From Tubiluchus corallicola (lineage: Eukaryota > Animalia > Priapulida), in NCBI GenBank assembly GCA_030141605.1, contig JAQGDQ010000038.1, forward strand, positions 496,001 to 560,000: DNA of 64,000 nucleotides. The letters run 5' to 3'. Every line of letters starts with the position of its first letter. Position 1 is the stretch's first letter. The notes below the pieces were generated by a model. The model was not told the DNA's origin. It ran no database searches and was given only the letters and a program-made list of their open reading frames with translations. Shown piece by piece: positions 28,413-40,200 of this stretch. The position numbers were made by a program, and so were the translations under genes.

Positions 28413-31400
28413 ATGATGGATTCTTATAATAAGTGCAGTAAAAAGCTCAAAATTTCTGCAGATATGAGTCAAAAGGAAAATAAAGCCGAAGACTTTTGCT
28501 TCAGTCATTCTCCTACTTTAGAAGACTTGTAAGTTTTCGTTCAATAATTAAGGCTACTTTCACAGTAGGGAATTAATAGTTTATTCTTAAAAATGCACTA
28601 CATCTGAAGACCTCAGTGCTTTTTACAACTGAGTTAAAAGAGATAAAAAACATCCAACCTATCCCAATAAAGGTAATTATGCAGTTACTGTTTGAAAAGT
28701 AGCTGCATGTGTTTAAGTAAGTATGTAAGTATCTTTATTTTAATCACCTTTTTTACAAGAAAAACACAAAGCATGAAACGATAATATGATACAAAGTGAC
28801 AAGATTATTAAATGAATAAATTATCTGAGTTAATGATATTCAAGTGATTGGTGAAAGGGTGGCGAAAAACTAAAAGCTACCAAAGTCAGCCACCCTGTAA
28901 GTAATGTTGCTATTACTTAGTAATTAATTATATGCGCAATTTCACAAATTATATTGCAATTTCACGAATGTGCAATTATATTGACGAAGATTTCAGAATA
29001 CGGTGTGATAAATGGAGCATACCAAGTTGCTTAACTAAGTAAAGGAATGGTGAGTGTACTAAGATAAAACTATTGAGATTTAGGTTTAAATTTGAACATA
29101 CATATCAAGGTCATAAAGACATAATAAATACATATAATGTTGATATGCTAAGCAATGCACATACAGATGTGCAGATTTATGCAGAGAGAATTACCTTACC
29201 ACTCAACTTTCATTTACATGTTAGTACTGCATATGACACATTTCCAATATGACATCTAGATAGTCATGAGGCCTCTATCTGCTGTAAAATTATATCATTA
29301 TAATACACACACACACATACATATACACATAAATATGCATACCTAGCAGTAAGAAGAAAAAAACAAAGTTATTAAGACAAACAGGCGATTGGGGTATAGA
29401 CTTATAACATAAAGTACAATTTCAGAAGTAGCAGTGCAATAATATATGTAAAGATGGCATTATTACTATTTCTATAGCAAAATTCATGGTTAGTATCACT
29501 GTAAGTTGGGGTTTAGATCTTCAGCACATATAATAAGTGAGTTTTTACCATTCATATGTATATACGGTTTGGTGAGTTCAACTTGAGTGGAAAATAGTAG
29601 TTTAAGTTTTAGTTGTGTAAACAATTCCAAGACTAGGATTTTGGGAGGATTTTGCAAGCACTTGATAGCTAGGTTAAACGTATAATTTTTTACCAGTGTT
29701 TTTAAAGTCATACAGTTTTGTATGTCAGTGTTATATTTTTGCCGTTAATCTGTCATGAAATGGCATAAGTTTTTTTATACATATTCATCGTACCGCAAGC
29801 GATTTCTTGCACCCAGCAAAAGAAGTCTTGGTATTTGACCGGCTTATTTTATTAACATATTTTACAATTAACTTTGACCGTGTTTTGTATTGTAAACCAG
29901 TCAGGTGACAGCAGTGGGTAGCTGCCTAAGCATTTAGCAAAAATGTGAACTTGTCATTAGGATCAAATTAGAAAATCTCAAAAACAATTTTTTCATTTTT
30001 GAATGTTTGTCACATTTGGGTGGCCTATGTCAGTATGTTACATTTGATATACCAAGACAAATTTGAAGTGATTATTGCCTACATTTGGATGACCAATGTC
30101 ACAAGAAAGATCGTATTATCATACTTGGATGACTTATATTCAGATTTAGTGTTATGAACATTCACATCTAACAGGGAAAACCTGTAAACAGGGTAACAGG
30201 GAAGAAAATATTTATTTTATGTGCCTTGAATCAGAAAATTCAATTAAACTTTGAGAGTTTTGCATTTTGATAGCAATTCTAACTTTTTCAGAAGAGCAGA
30301 ACAGGCGAAATTTGCTGAAGAAAGAAACTGGAACCAGTATCACACTCCTCGTAATCTTCTGCTAGCAATGGTTGGCGAAGTTGGTGAATTATCAGAGCTT
30401 TTGTAAGTAAGCCACCTAAATTTTTACTATAACGTCCAAAAATGAAGGAGTAATGTAATTTATTATTCAAATATTCAACCTTGGGGATACGTTCTTACCT
30501 GGCTCATAAATATACCCACACTCTTGACTAGATTGTATTATCTTAATTGTTAAGCCATGACCCCTTTGTGAGCTAGAATGATAAATTTACCTGCAAACCA
30601 CACTTAATTCCAGTCTTGCCTGGACTGAACTGTAGATCTGTAGGAATTCGAAAATGAGCATAAATAATTTACCTTGGATCATGTTGATTTGTGATAATTT
30701 AATTTGTTTCTATTGCATTTAAATTATTTTTTAAATGTCCCATCCCAAGCTCTGATGCCATAACGATAATTAAGAACGTTCAGTATGCCCGACTTCCCAG
30801 TCAATTGCTGGGCGACAGCAGATTGCTTTTATTGGGACAATAATGTTGGATCAGTTCCAAGGTTCTTTACCATTAGTAATGAGTGGCTGACACTCAGCAT
30901 ATGGAAAACTAAGCATACACAGAATAATAGAATAGTATTTTATTATTCAAATGCTGAAAAACATTGGAAGCTTTCAATAATTGATTATTTGTGCACTTCA
31001 CTAATTGCGAGGCCGTATGAATGTATAGGGCAAAAAGTATTAACAGAGAAGAGAATGCAGCTTTTGGTCTTAACAATCCTTAATGTGTAATGTAATTCAT
31101 ACATATGAATTCTTTCATTTTAAAAAATTTATTTGTGACAAAAAGGATATGAAACTTATTTTTATCAACGTGTAAGATTTCATTTACCTGTATCTCATTT
31201 GTTTTTCAGCCAGTGGCGCGGAGAAGTTCAAGAGGGTTTGCCAGGTGGATATTTATTTAATTTCTTTTTTAAGTATTAGCTTGTAAAGTATGTTTGCCTT
31301 TTACTAAGTACAAAATGATTTGTGGTAACTTTTTGGTAACTCAACGACTCGACCCTGAGTGATCAGAACAAGCTTCACTTTCTTTGTAAAATATAGATTA

Positions 31401-32044
31401 TACCAATTATATCGAAATTTTTCTGATTTTCTCCTCTTAAGCTTATGTGCTCAGTAAAAAAGCTATCAGTTTTTTATTTAAGTTTATGAGTTACACTGTA
31501 TGTCACTCTGTCTGCCTGGTACAGTCATTGTGTGCATAGAACTTCATAACATAGTTTCGTATTAAGCATTATTGGTTCATATTGTGTCACTTTAAACTGC
31601 ATTGTTTTGTGTGATCATTTTTGGTTTCATATACACATTGGTTTTACCCAACTTTTGTTTGATAAAACATAGTGGTATCATTAGTATGACAATACGTATA
31701 ACATTGATATGGCATTTACGTTCTTTCCAGTTTTGATTAAACCATCTAGATTATCATATTTCCATGACCCTGACCATCTAAGCTCTCTAGTAAAGACTTA
31801 CATTTGTTTTCCATTTATAGATTGGACCGAAAACGAACGAGAAAAACTTGGCCATGAACTTAGTGACGTGTTCTTATACTTGATACGTTTAGCTGAGAAA
31901 TGCCGCATAGATCTGCCACGAGAAGTGCAGGCTAAACTAAAACTTAACAGTGTGAAATATCCTGCAGAAAAAGTTTATGGTTCTCGTAAAAAATACACGG
32001 AATATGGTGATGCAGCTACCGATACGTCCGCAGCTTCCAGCTAA
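28413..32044 (+). CDS. DCTPP1: dCTP pyrophosphatase 1 (MazG-like all-alpha NTP pyrophosphatase), ~161 aa
   Basis: Exons 28413-28528, 30292-30402, 31210-31244 and 31821-32044. Contains FSHSPTLEDLR..QAKFAEERNWNQYHTPRNLLLAMVGEVGELSELFQW.GEV..GLPDW...EREKLGHELSDVFLYLIRLAEKCRIDL and KYPAEKV.GS.KKYTEY. Confidence 0.95.
28730..29900 (-). mobile_element. Possible decayed LINE (L2/Crack-like) 3' portion in DCTPP1 intron 1
   Basis: The minus strand ends in aataaagat plus short (actt)-type repeats near 28730, with degenerate ORF-like stretches upstream. No clear catalytic motif. Confidence 0.3.
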
Positions 32045-32563
32045 TGACAATTGTCATTTGACAAAATTAATGTTATTCGCTGGTCAGTGTGAATATTGAA
32101 AACTCACTTTGACATATTTGAAGGATTAGCATAACTAGGGCTATTATGCTTCTAGTACTTGTTGTCGACAACACAAATTTGTTGCAACAGTTTTAATTGG
32201 GTATTGCTGTTTAGGACAGCATCCAATGCTTGTGATATTTACACTAATCTACATTTTCAGTATTCTAAGAACCGAGTGCACTACAGACTGTGGTGTAGAC
32301 TAAAGTGTTTGTGGACACTAGTGCACAGATTTTATCTAGCTGTGATTGAGCTCATAATTCATGTTCGTAGCTTAAAGTTTACAGACTAATATCCCTTTGC
32401 ATTAAATGTGTAAGAAATGACTGTACATTAGATAGGCTCAGATGTGGTTTGCTCACGATCATTGGTAGTTCTCAGACCGGGCCTTTTGGCAAGTTTTTGA
32501 GTACAACGTGTATGAACTACATATATGTATATCATTTTAACATTGTAAGTTAAATTTCTTCAA

Positions 32564-32791
32564 AATGATTATTAAATTGCTCTGTATGTCTTTTATAGTT
32601 ACATAGGTACACATCATCTGTGTATATAAATTTCATGTTTACTGTTATGGAAAACATGGTGACCGATTGACACAGCGAATGATTATTAAATTGCTCTGTA
32701 TGTTTTTCATACTTACGTAGATACACATCATCTGTGTATATAAATTTCATGTTTGCTGTTATGGAAAACATGGTGACCGATTGATACAACG
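32564..32791. repeat. Imperfect 114-bp tandem duplication downstream of DCTPP1
   Basis: aatgattattaaattgctctgtatg...catggtgaccgattga.aca.cg is repeated at a 114-nt offset with a few substitutions. Confidence 0.88.
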
Positions 32792-34292
32792 CTTGTGTTC
32801 AAATACTACCTACATTGGTTTTTTTCAAGCCATGTTCCACTCGGACTAGGCTGGCTGGCTGCTTTCCTAGTCTAAGCAGACTTAACTAGTCATGTGGGAA
32901 GAAAGGCGACCGAGTGATAGGCTATAGCTTGCATGCTGAGCTTACGAATATAAATACCCCATTCAGCTATCCCTGAACTGTTAGGCACGGGACCTTTTTC
33001 TTCTGCTTCTTGCTGAATTGGAACTTCTTATTTTTAATGATGATAAGTTGTTATATGTACGTCTGAAATTCTTTTCTAAAATTGTCTTAGTTATCTACTT
33101 AATTTTTATGTCTGCGTAATGTGCTAGTGCATATGAACAATTCAGCTGCACACTTTTTATATCAAATATCAGTTGAATTGCACTACTTTAGTCATGCTTT
33201 TTATTTTGACTATTTTTCCCCACACAAGAGACCAGACAACCAAATCCTAAGGTTTGGCCGTTTTTTGCATTCAGAAAACTAGGTTCCTTCTCAAGCTCGA
33301 TGTTGCAGAATTTAGCACATGCTACTCAACCAATAGAAAATACTCAATTCCCAAGAGATTAGGAACCCTTAGGTACCTGTTAGCTGTTTTTTATGTTACT
33401 AAGGATTTTCCATTGTTACTTCAGATAGATGCATCAGTAAGCATTTTGTACCATAACTAACATTTTTGACTATGGCTTGTTAAATAATGTATTGTTTAAT
33501 ATTGGAATACGTTAGCTACTTGAAAGCATAAGTTCAATACTGTGTTTGGCCATTCTGAGAGAGCCTAAGGTAAAGGTTATCTCATGCGTGTCTGGTAGAG
33601 ACTATTATACATAATTGTAGTTAACATTTTAGTGCACAAAAAATATAAACGTTGTTTTTAATTACCTTCTTTATTATTTTATGTATAAAAATAAAAATAA
33701 CATCTTATGCTATTGTGCTGCACCTGAGCAATTGTTTAAACTTCTTTCATAATAAAACATATACCATAAGAATTTGATTACTAGCTTTGAGATTCAGTGT
33801 TGTCTATATTAATAAAAGGAATGTTTACATACAACGCAACTGTGCATTTATGTAGTTATACACGATACACTGCAAACCATAATAAACTGACATATCCAGT
33901 AAAATATTTGGTAATAAACAAAAAAGGGATAGGGAATGTAATTCTACATTATATATCATAAGTCTAAGATAAGAAATGAAAACTAAAATTATCCTTAAAT
34001 TTCAAAGAATGACAATTTTTCCATTTATCCCTAAAAGACTGGTATTTGGCACTCACGATTAATTTTCGTTCAGATTAAGTGTACTGTAGGTGCTTTCCCA
34101 GTACAAGAGCTCCATACAGCAAAAGAAATTAATCATTGAATTATTTACAAGGTTACAAGAAAATCCTGCTTAACAAATCTCAACTCACCACGTCTGCTGA
34201 TGGTTACATAAAAAAACATTTTAATATTGCACTAACTATGGTAAGAACTTCAACACGACAACTACGTGATAATGTTGTATGAAATGGTCAGC

Positions 34293-37200
34293 CTACGTTT
34301 CTCCAAGTTCTGTTTTCTTTGACACAGTCACATACTTGTCGTCACGAACCTATCAAAGAATCATCATTGTTACATTTGCTTATAATATAAGGACACCAAA
34401 GAACTGAATTCCAATGCATGTATCACAATCGTTAGTGACCTACACACTGTGCAGAGTTTCTTTTTACAACAGCATAAGCAGGTTACAGCACCCATTAAAA
34501 CAATATATTCGAGTTACGGGGTGAAATACTTCATTTTCTTTCTATTTAATTCTATTTAAAAGTTGGTTTCAAAATATAAATGAAATAGTACTTGACACTG
34601 TGACCTATAAGGGGCATCATCTATTTATTGTGGAGTTGTAGTTTCAAGACGTTGTTCTGTTTATATAGCTTATTCAACTCTGAATCATTTTCTACTTATC
34701 TGTTATGTGGTGCCTATTACCATGAAACAGTACTAAGTCATGCTTACTGGTATTCTATCCTAATCCTATACAATATCCTAGTGTATCCTATGTTAAATCA
34801 ATCCAATGTCCTATAATTTAGATTCCTTACCACAACTTCGAGATTCATGTCTCTGGCAATCTGCACCACAATTTGTAATTCATCTTTATCAAAGCAGTTT
34901 TCGTTTAATGGTAATCTAACTACATCCTTGTTTTCAATGAACTCCCTGAAAAAAGATTGTATAACCATTAAGGCAAAGTGCTTTTTTTATCGTTATAGTC
35001 TTAAAGTCTCTCTATTTTAAGCAGTAATGCTTTTACAACAATTTGCCAAGTAAAGAATGTGGAAAAATATAGGTACAATGGTATAATTTTGGCTAATACT
35101 TACTCAAGTTTCTTGGTGACCCATTCTCTCAATTCACTTTTCTCTTTATTTGATTTACTCGAATCTTCAGTTTTTTCACATTTTGCTACAAAATAAATGA
35201 TAAGTTCATCACAATTTTTTTCATGCTATTTAGCTTCTCATAGCCAATTAATTTACCATTGGAAGGCTATTTAGTCTACTTGCTGTAAATAATATACAAC
35301 TAATCAGACGCATAGCAAAGGGCAGGGGACAGAAGGCATTCGACATAGTAGCAATTAACAAAAGTTTTCAAACTACAGCAAAATTGTCTATTCAGAGATC
35401 ATTGTAGCTGACTTAATTACTACGTATAGCCTAATAAAAAGCTAATGTTATTACTTAATGGCGTTTGTAGAGTGTCGTGTGACTTAGCAGATCGATTATT
35501 TTGGGTGACACAATGGTGTTATTCTCTAAATGCCGATTATATTATTGTGAAAACCTGCGATGCCCTGTATCTTTCATAATCTTTGCATGTTTCAATATTG
35601 TAGCTCAATGTCTTACGTTTATCGTATTGCGAACAACTTTCCTAGACCAACGCATAGAAAAGAGTTATTCTGGTGCAGTACAGTAAATTAAACTCAGGGT
35701 GATTCTTAAAAACAATTTGTTTATCCATTCATGTCAAAAAATGAAAGTGGGTCTCAGGGACACAAAAACATGCACAATTTGTGGCTTCGCCCACAAAACG
35801 AATGATCAAGTAATTAAAAAGTAGGGTGCTAGAAGTGTTTTTGCCCCAGGATGCTTTAAACGCTTGATACACCATTGCAACTAATTTTGTTTTTGATTAT
35901 TACTGAAACAGTGAATAGAACAAACAACTCATTTCTATATCAATAAGAAGAACTGTGTTCAGAATAACCTTTTTCAAGATTCTGGCAACAACATATTAAA
36001 GATAATTAGCCTTCTCAACAGGGTGGACTAGGAACATAAGGAATCACATAAATAAACTACCTAGGGTCTTTTTTATGTTGCTTATAAAAATAAAGTTGAT
36101 GAATTTTTGCTTGTATGATGTCAATATGATGACCTTGAAGGACAAAAGCAAAACCTCATTTCTACACTGTCCTGGACCTGTGTTAGATCTTATTTGCATG
36201 CAACCTTGTAATCTCTGGCACGTTAAAAGAACAAATAACTAACATTAAGCACTGCAACAGTAAGAAGAACTAACTAATGTTAAGCACTGCAACAGTAAGC
36301 CTTTTCTCAATGCTATGGAAGATGCTTATAGGATCACCCTACTAGTTCTTAAATGCTGACAGTTTGCTTGAAGGGCTAATATTACTGCTGTTTTCAGAAT
36401 TTACAGGAATACAATTAGTGTTTCCTAGTTAAACTGAAGTTTTCACAGTCAGCAACGTGCAAAATAAACGTTAACAAAGCCAAACAATTAAAAACCTGCA
36501 AATGCTTTCTTCATTCTTTCATACAGCATTTTGTCATTCATTCTATCATGTTCTCGTTTCTTATTTAAGTCAATCAATGCGTTACGCACATCCCTGTCAT
36601 TAGGTGCCAGCTTCTGTGCTTTCAACAAGGCAGTCTCAGCTTCACCAAAGTCATGAAAACTGGCTTTTGCCTGAAACATCACACATTAATAGGTAAAAGT
36701 CGTTTTATGTAGCATTGTGCAGGTACACTGGCAAATATTACAAAAAAGTCCTTTTAATTCTTATACTTTGCCTGTCACTAGGTAATCTGCAAGCTTGGCC
36801 AAACCGATTGCTTTTGTTGAATGGCACATAAAAAACATAGACTGAGTGGTTTGCTGAAAGATCAAATTAGCATTGCTTGAGGAGAATGATTCAAAGAAAA
36901 GTGGAAAATGCAATGTACAGAAAACCCAAAGTAACACTGTACACTTCACACTCAGTTATTGTACAAACCCATGCAGTGACATATAGGAAATGAATGTTTT
37001 GTGCAGTTCAAGACAACTGTTAGAGGAAAAGTCAAGGGTTCAAAACAACCTTTAAGACATTTTAACGTTCGACTAAAAATATTGAAATTGGCGCACAATG
37101 TAAACGATTCAGACATCTTGCTTAAAAATACACTAAAGAATATTACAATCATTCTCACCTCCCACTAGACAAATTCAGCTGCAAAAACGTTTGAAAATCA

Positions 37201-40200
37201 TGACGAAAATTCTGAGTTGCTAAAATGACTGCAAACTTCTGAAAACTGGCAGCTTAGCTAACGTTTACTCATAAATATCACAAATCCAGCTATCCAATTT
37301 TTTGAAAAAAATTGTTTTATCATTACAGTGTGCTGCTTTTTTCTATTGGCCGCATTATTTCTTAAAAGTACAAGTGAGCTCAGGTAGGAAATGATTACAA
37401 CTTTAAGCATTTACTAATTATACAAGCTAGCTATCGGACTTTCATTGCTGAAACTTTCCAACATTTTTCTGGACATTAAAAAGATCAGCTTTCTGGAGAA
37501 CCTCGATTTCTCGCTTAATGCTGAATATAACAATACACTTGGGTAAAATAGCATGAGTGTTAAGTAGAATAAAATAAGCAACACATCCCAAAAAAACCAC
37601 TAGACAGACATTTAAATATCAATGGAAGGTTTTTTCAAGTACAAAATATTTCAGCATCCATTAATGGCAGCCCTCATAACTGAAACTAATTTAATGTAAT
37701 TAATGCAAACTATAATTTAGAACTTATTTAGAACTACAATTAAGAATTTATTAACCACCCAAGATGCATTTACGGTTTATTATATAGAATAGCTTTTCCA
37801 TTAATATTATGGTCCCGTTGATCCTAGATCTAGTAAATCTGAGAACGATAATCATTTGTAAACAGAATTGATTGCAATGATAATCACTCATGTACAATAG
37901 AAGGACTAGTTGTATACTTAATGCTCAACTATAAGAACATGAAACCTGTAAACATTCAGTAGGTGAGGCAGCAACTGCATTGGCCCACACTTTTGGAATA
38001 TTGGTCAACCCTGGAAAAATGTTGTAATTCTAAATTCATCAAGTTACTTTAGTACCTGTTTATAAAGAAGGCCCTGCATTCATTTCCAATCAGAGGAACA
38101 TTGATTTAGAAAGTATATTGAAGGGGAAGTGACGAAACTACTGCCACAAAAAAATTAATTCCAGAACTCTGTTGCAACTGGATGCCACTGCAAACGTTTA
38201 CGAAGGAAAAATAATAAAAGTACACGAAAACCACAGTAAAAACATGCAAATGTACTTAGAGGTATCTACGGTTTGGGTTAAAGACAGTCTCTGTGATAAG
38301 CGTGACACCAACTGCTGTGCAGTAGAAGCTTCCTTATTTCCGGCATTTTTTATACTTTTTGAAAATTCTCATAATATTAGTGATGGTTAGTTCAGTTTAT
38401 TCCAATTATTACATAATAATTTGGTGCCAGTTGGGTTAAACTGAATTAATTGCTAAGATTTAGTTATACAGATTATACCAAGTATAATGCATTGTTTTAT
38501 TCTCTTTGTAGTCTTTCGTTGGTGTAATTTTAAAGATTAATTTTAAATTTTAAATACTAAAATTCATAATTATAGTTTACATTAGTTATACTGACAAGAA
38601 TTCCTGTAATGGGTGTCAAAATATTTATATTTAAATAAAAACCATCCATTGACACATTCATATCTGTTCAGTATTTCACAAAAATGGATGTCAAATCATT
38701 CAGGATAAGTCCCAAAACGTGTATGCAAACAAAAGTTTTAGATTCAGAATAAGCCAATCAACATAATGCACACTAAATGAATTACCATTACCTTGCCAAG
38801 GTGAAGATATGCTTTGGTACTGTCAGGGTCCAACTCTAGAGCTTTCCTCGAAAAAGTGATTGCCCTGTTGTACCATCCAGCCTTATTTGCTGAAACAGCA
38901 GCATTGAGGGCAAGTTTAAGAGAAAGTTCATTGACACGTGTTTCCTCTGCTTCATTTGCCAGGTGACGTTCTTCTAGCAATTCCAATGCCTAAATATGGC
39001 AAATTATACATTCAGAGCTTTAAAAGCACAGACGCAGACATAAATATTTTTTCTATCCTTATATAACACTATACGTTATATGTGTAGTTTATAATAAGTG
39101 ATTACAATTACATCATTTGGAAAATGGAGCAAAGAATGACTGGGGCAAGTGGCTTGGCAGTAAGCTCTCTTCATAGTGTTATAGCTAGCAAAGCATACTG
39201 AATTGATATTGGGTAATAATTGATTAGTATTAGTATTCACATAATTTTAAAATTATTATTAGTACAGTAAGTTCTCGCTTAACAATGCTAATGCATTCCA
39301 GCGAAACATCATTAAAGGAAGAAAAAGACTTCCATAGAAAGGAGTGTAAAAGAATTGAGATACGCTCCAAAGGCAAAAATCAATGTTGCTTTAAACATAT
39401 AAATTAAATGATTTATGAGTTTTATTCGTATCTTTACTGATTAACTTCTTTCTGTTTGCTTAAAACTACCGATCTTTCTTACAAATGCCTAGCTAGTTAT
39501 TTCTTTTTTGTAAATGTTGAAGCATTACGCACTTAGCAGTTAAACACTGCATAGTAAAAGCCAAGCTCTGAGGCAGCCTTGAGAAACTTTCATCTAGATA
39601 CTCAGTCTGGTTGCTATAGGAACAGGATGCGGGCAAAATTCCTTCACATAAAGTTTGCCTTCTGGTGCCTGGAAGCGTATAAATCGCGAAAAGACCATAT
39701 TGCACTCGATAGTCAGTAGTCAGTTTTTAGTAGTCAGCAGGGAAACAAAAATATATAATAATTGCACTGTTTTACATTACTAATGCATTTTTAGAATAGA
39801 ATAACTCAGTACTTATTGTTTCAATGCTTCAAATGTGGTAAAAGGTTGTTGACCAACTAAAAAAACCTTTGAGCAAAGTAACAAAAAAATCATCATTAAA
39901 ATAAAACGTGCATCGTTAGGTGAGGAAAAGGTGTTAAATGTTCAGCATTGTCAAAATACTAAGCAGGGGGTTGTTAAGCCAGGACTTACTGTATATCAAA
40001 AATAATTTTACACATAAGGTGTGTTGATATTGCCAAAAGTTATGCATTTCGTTAGCAGTGGATTTTCAAACTAAATTTTCGAAAATAACCTTTTCCGAAT
40101 GCAGTAATCTAAAACTTTTAAAAACATGGCAAATACATTTAAAAATAACACAACCTCAAAATGTGTATGTCAGTACATCAACCTGATATATATAAGAAAC

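Noticed and set aside
32550-32789. 79-aa ORF with an internal repeat
   Set aside because: It is a by-product of the 114-bp (multiple of 3) tandem duplication, with no splice or homology support.
33035-33070. C/D-box snoRNA (ATGATGA...CTGA)
   Set aside because: Only about 20 nt separate the boxes, which is too short, and it is not in a recognised intron.
34293-35185. A separate small gene between DCTPP1 and FKBP6
   Set aside because: The first exon has no usable start (ATG TGA) and is phase-compatible with the FKBP6 donor at 36496, so it is better explained as FKBP6 3' exons.
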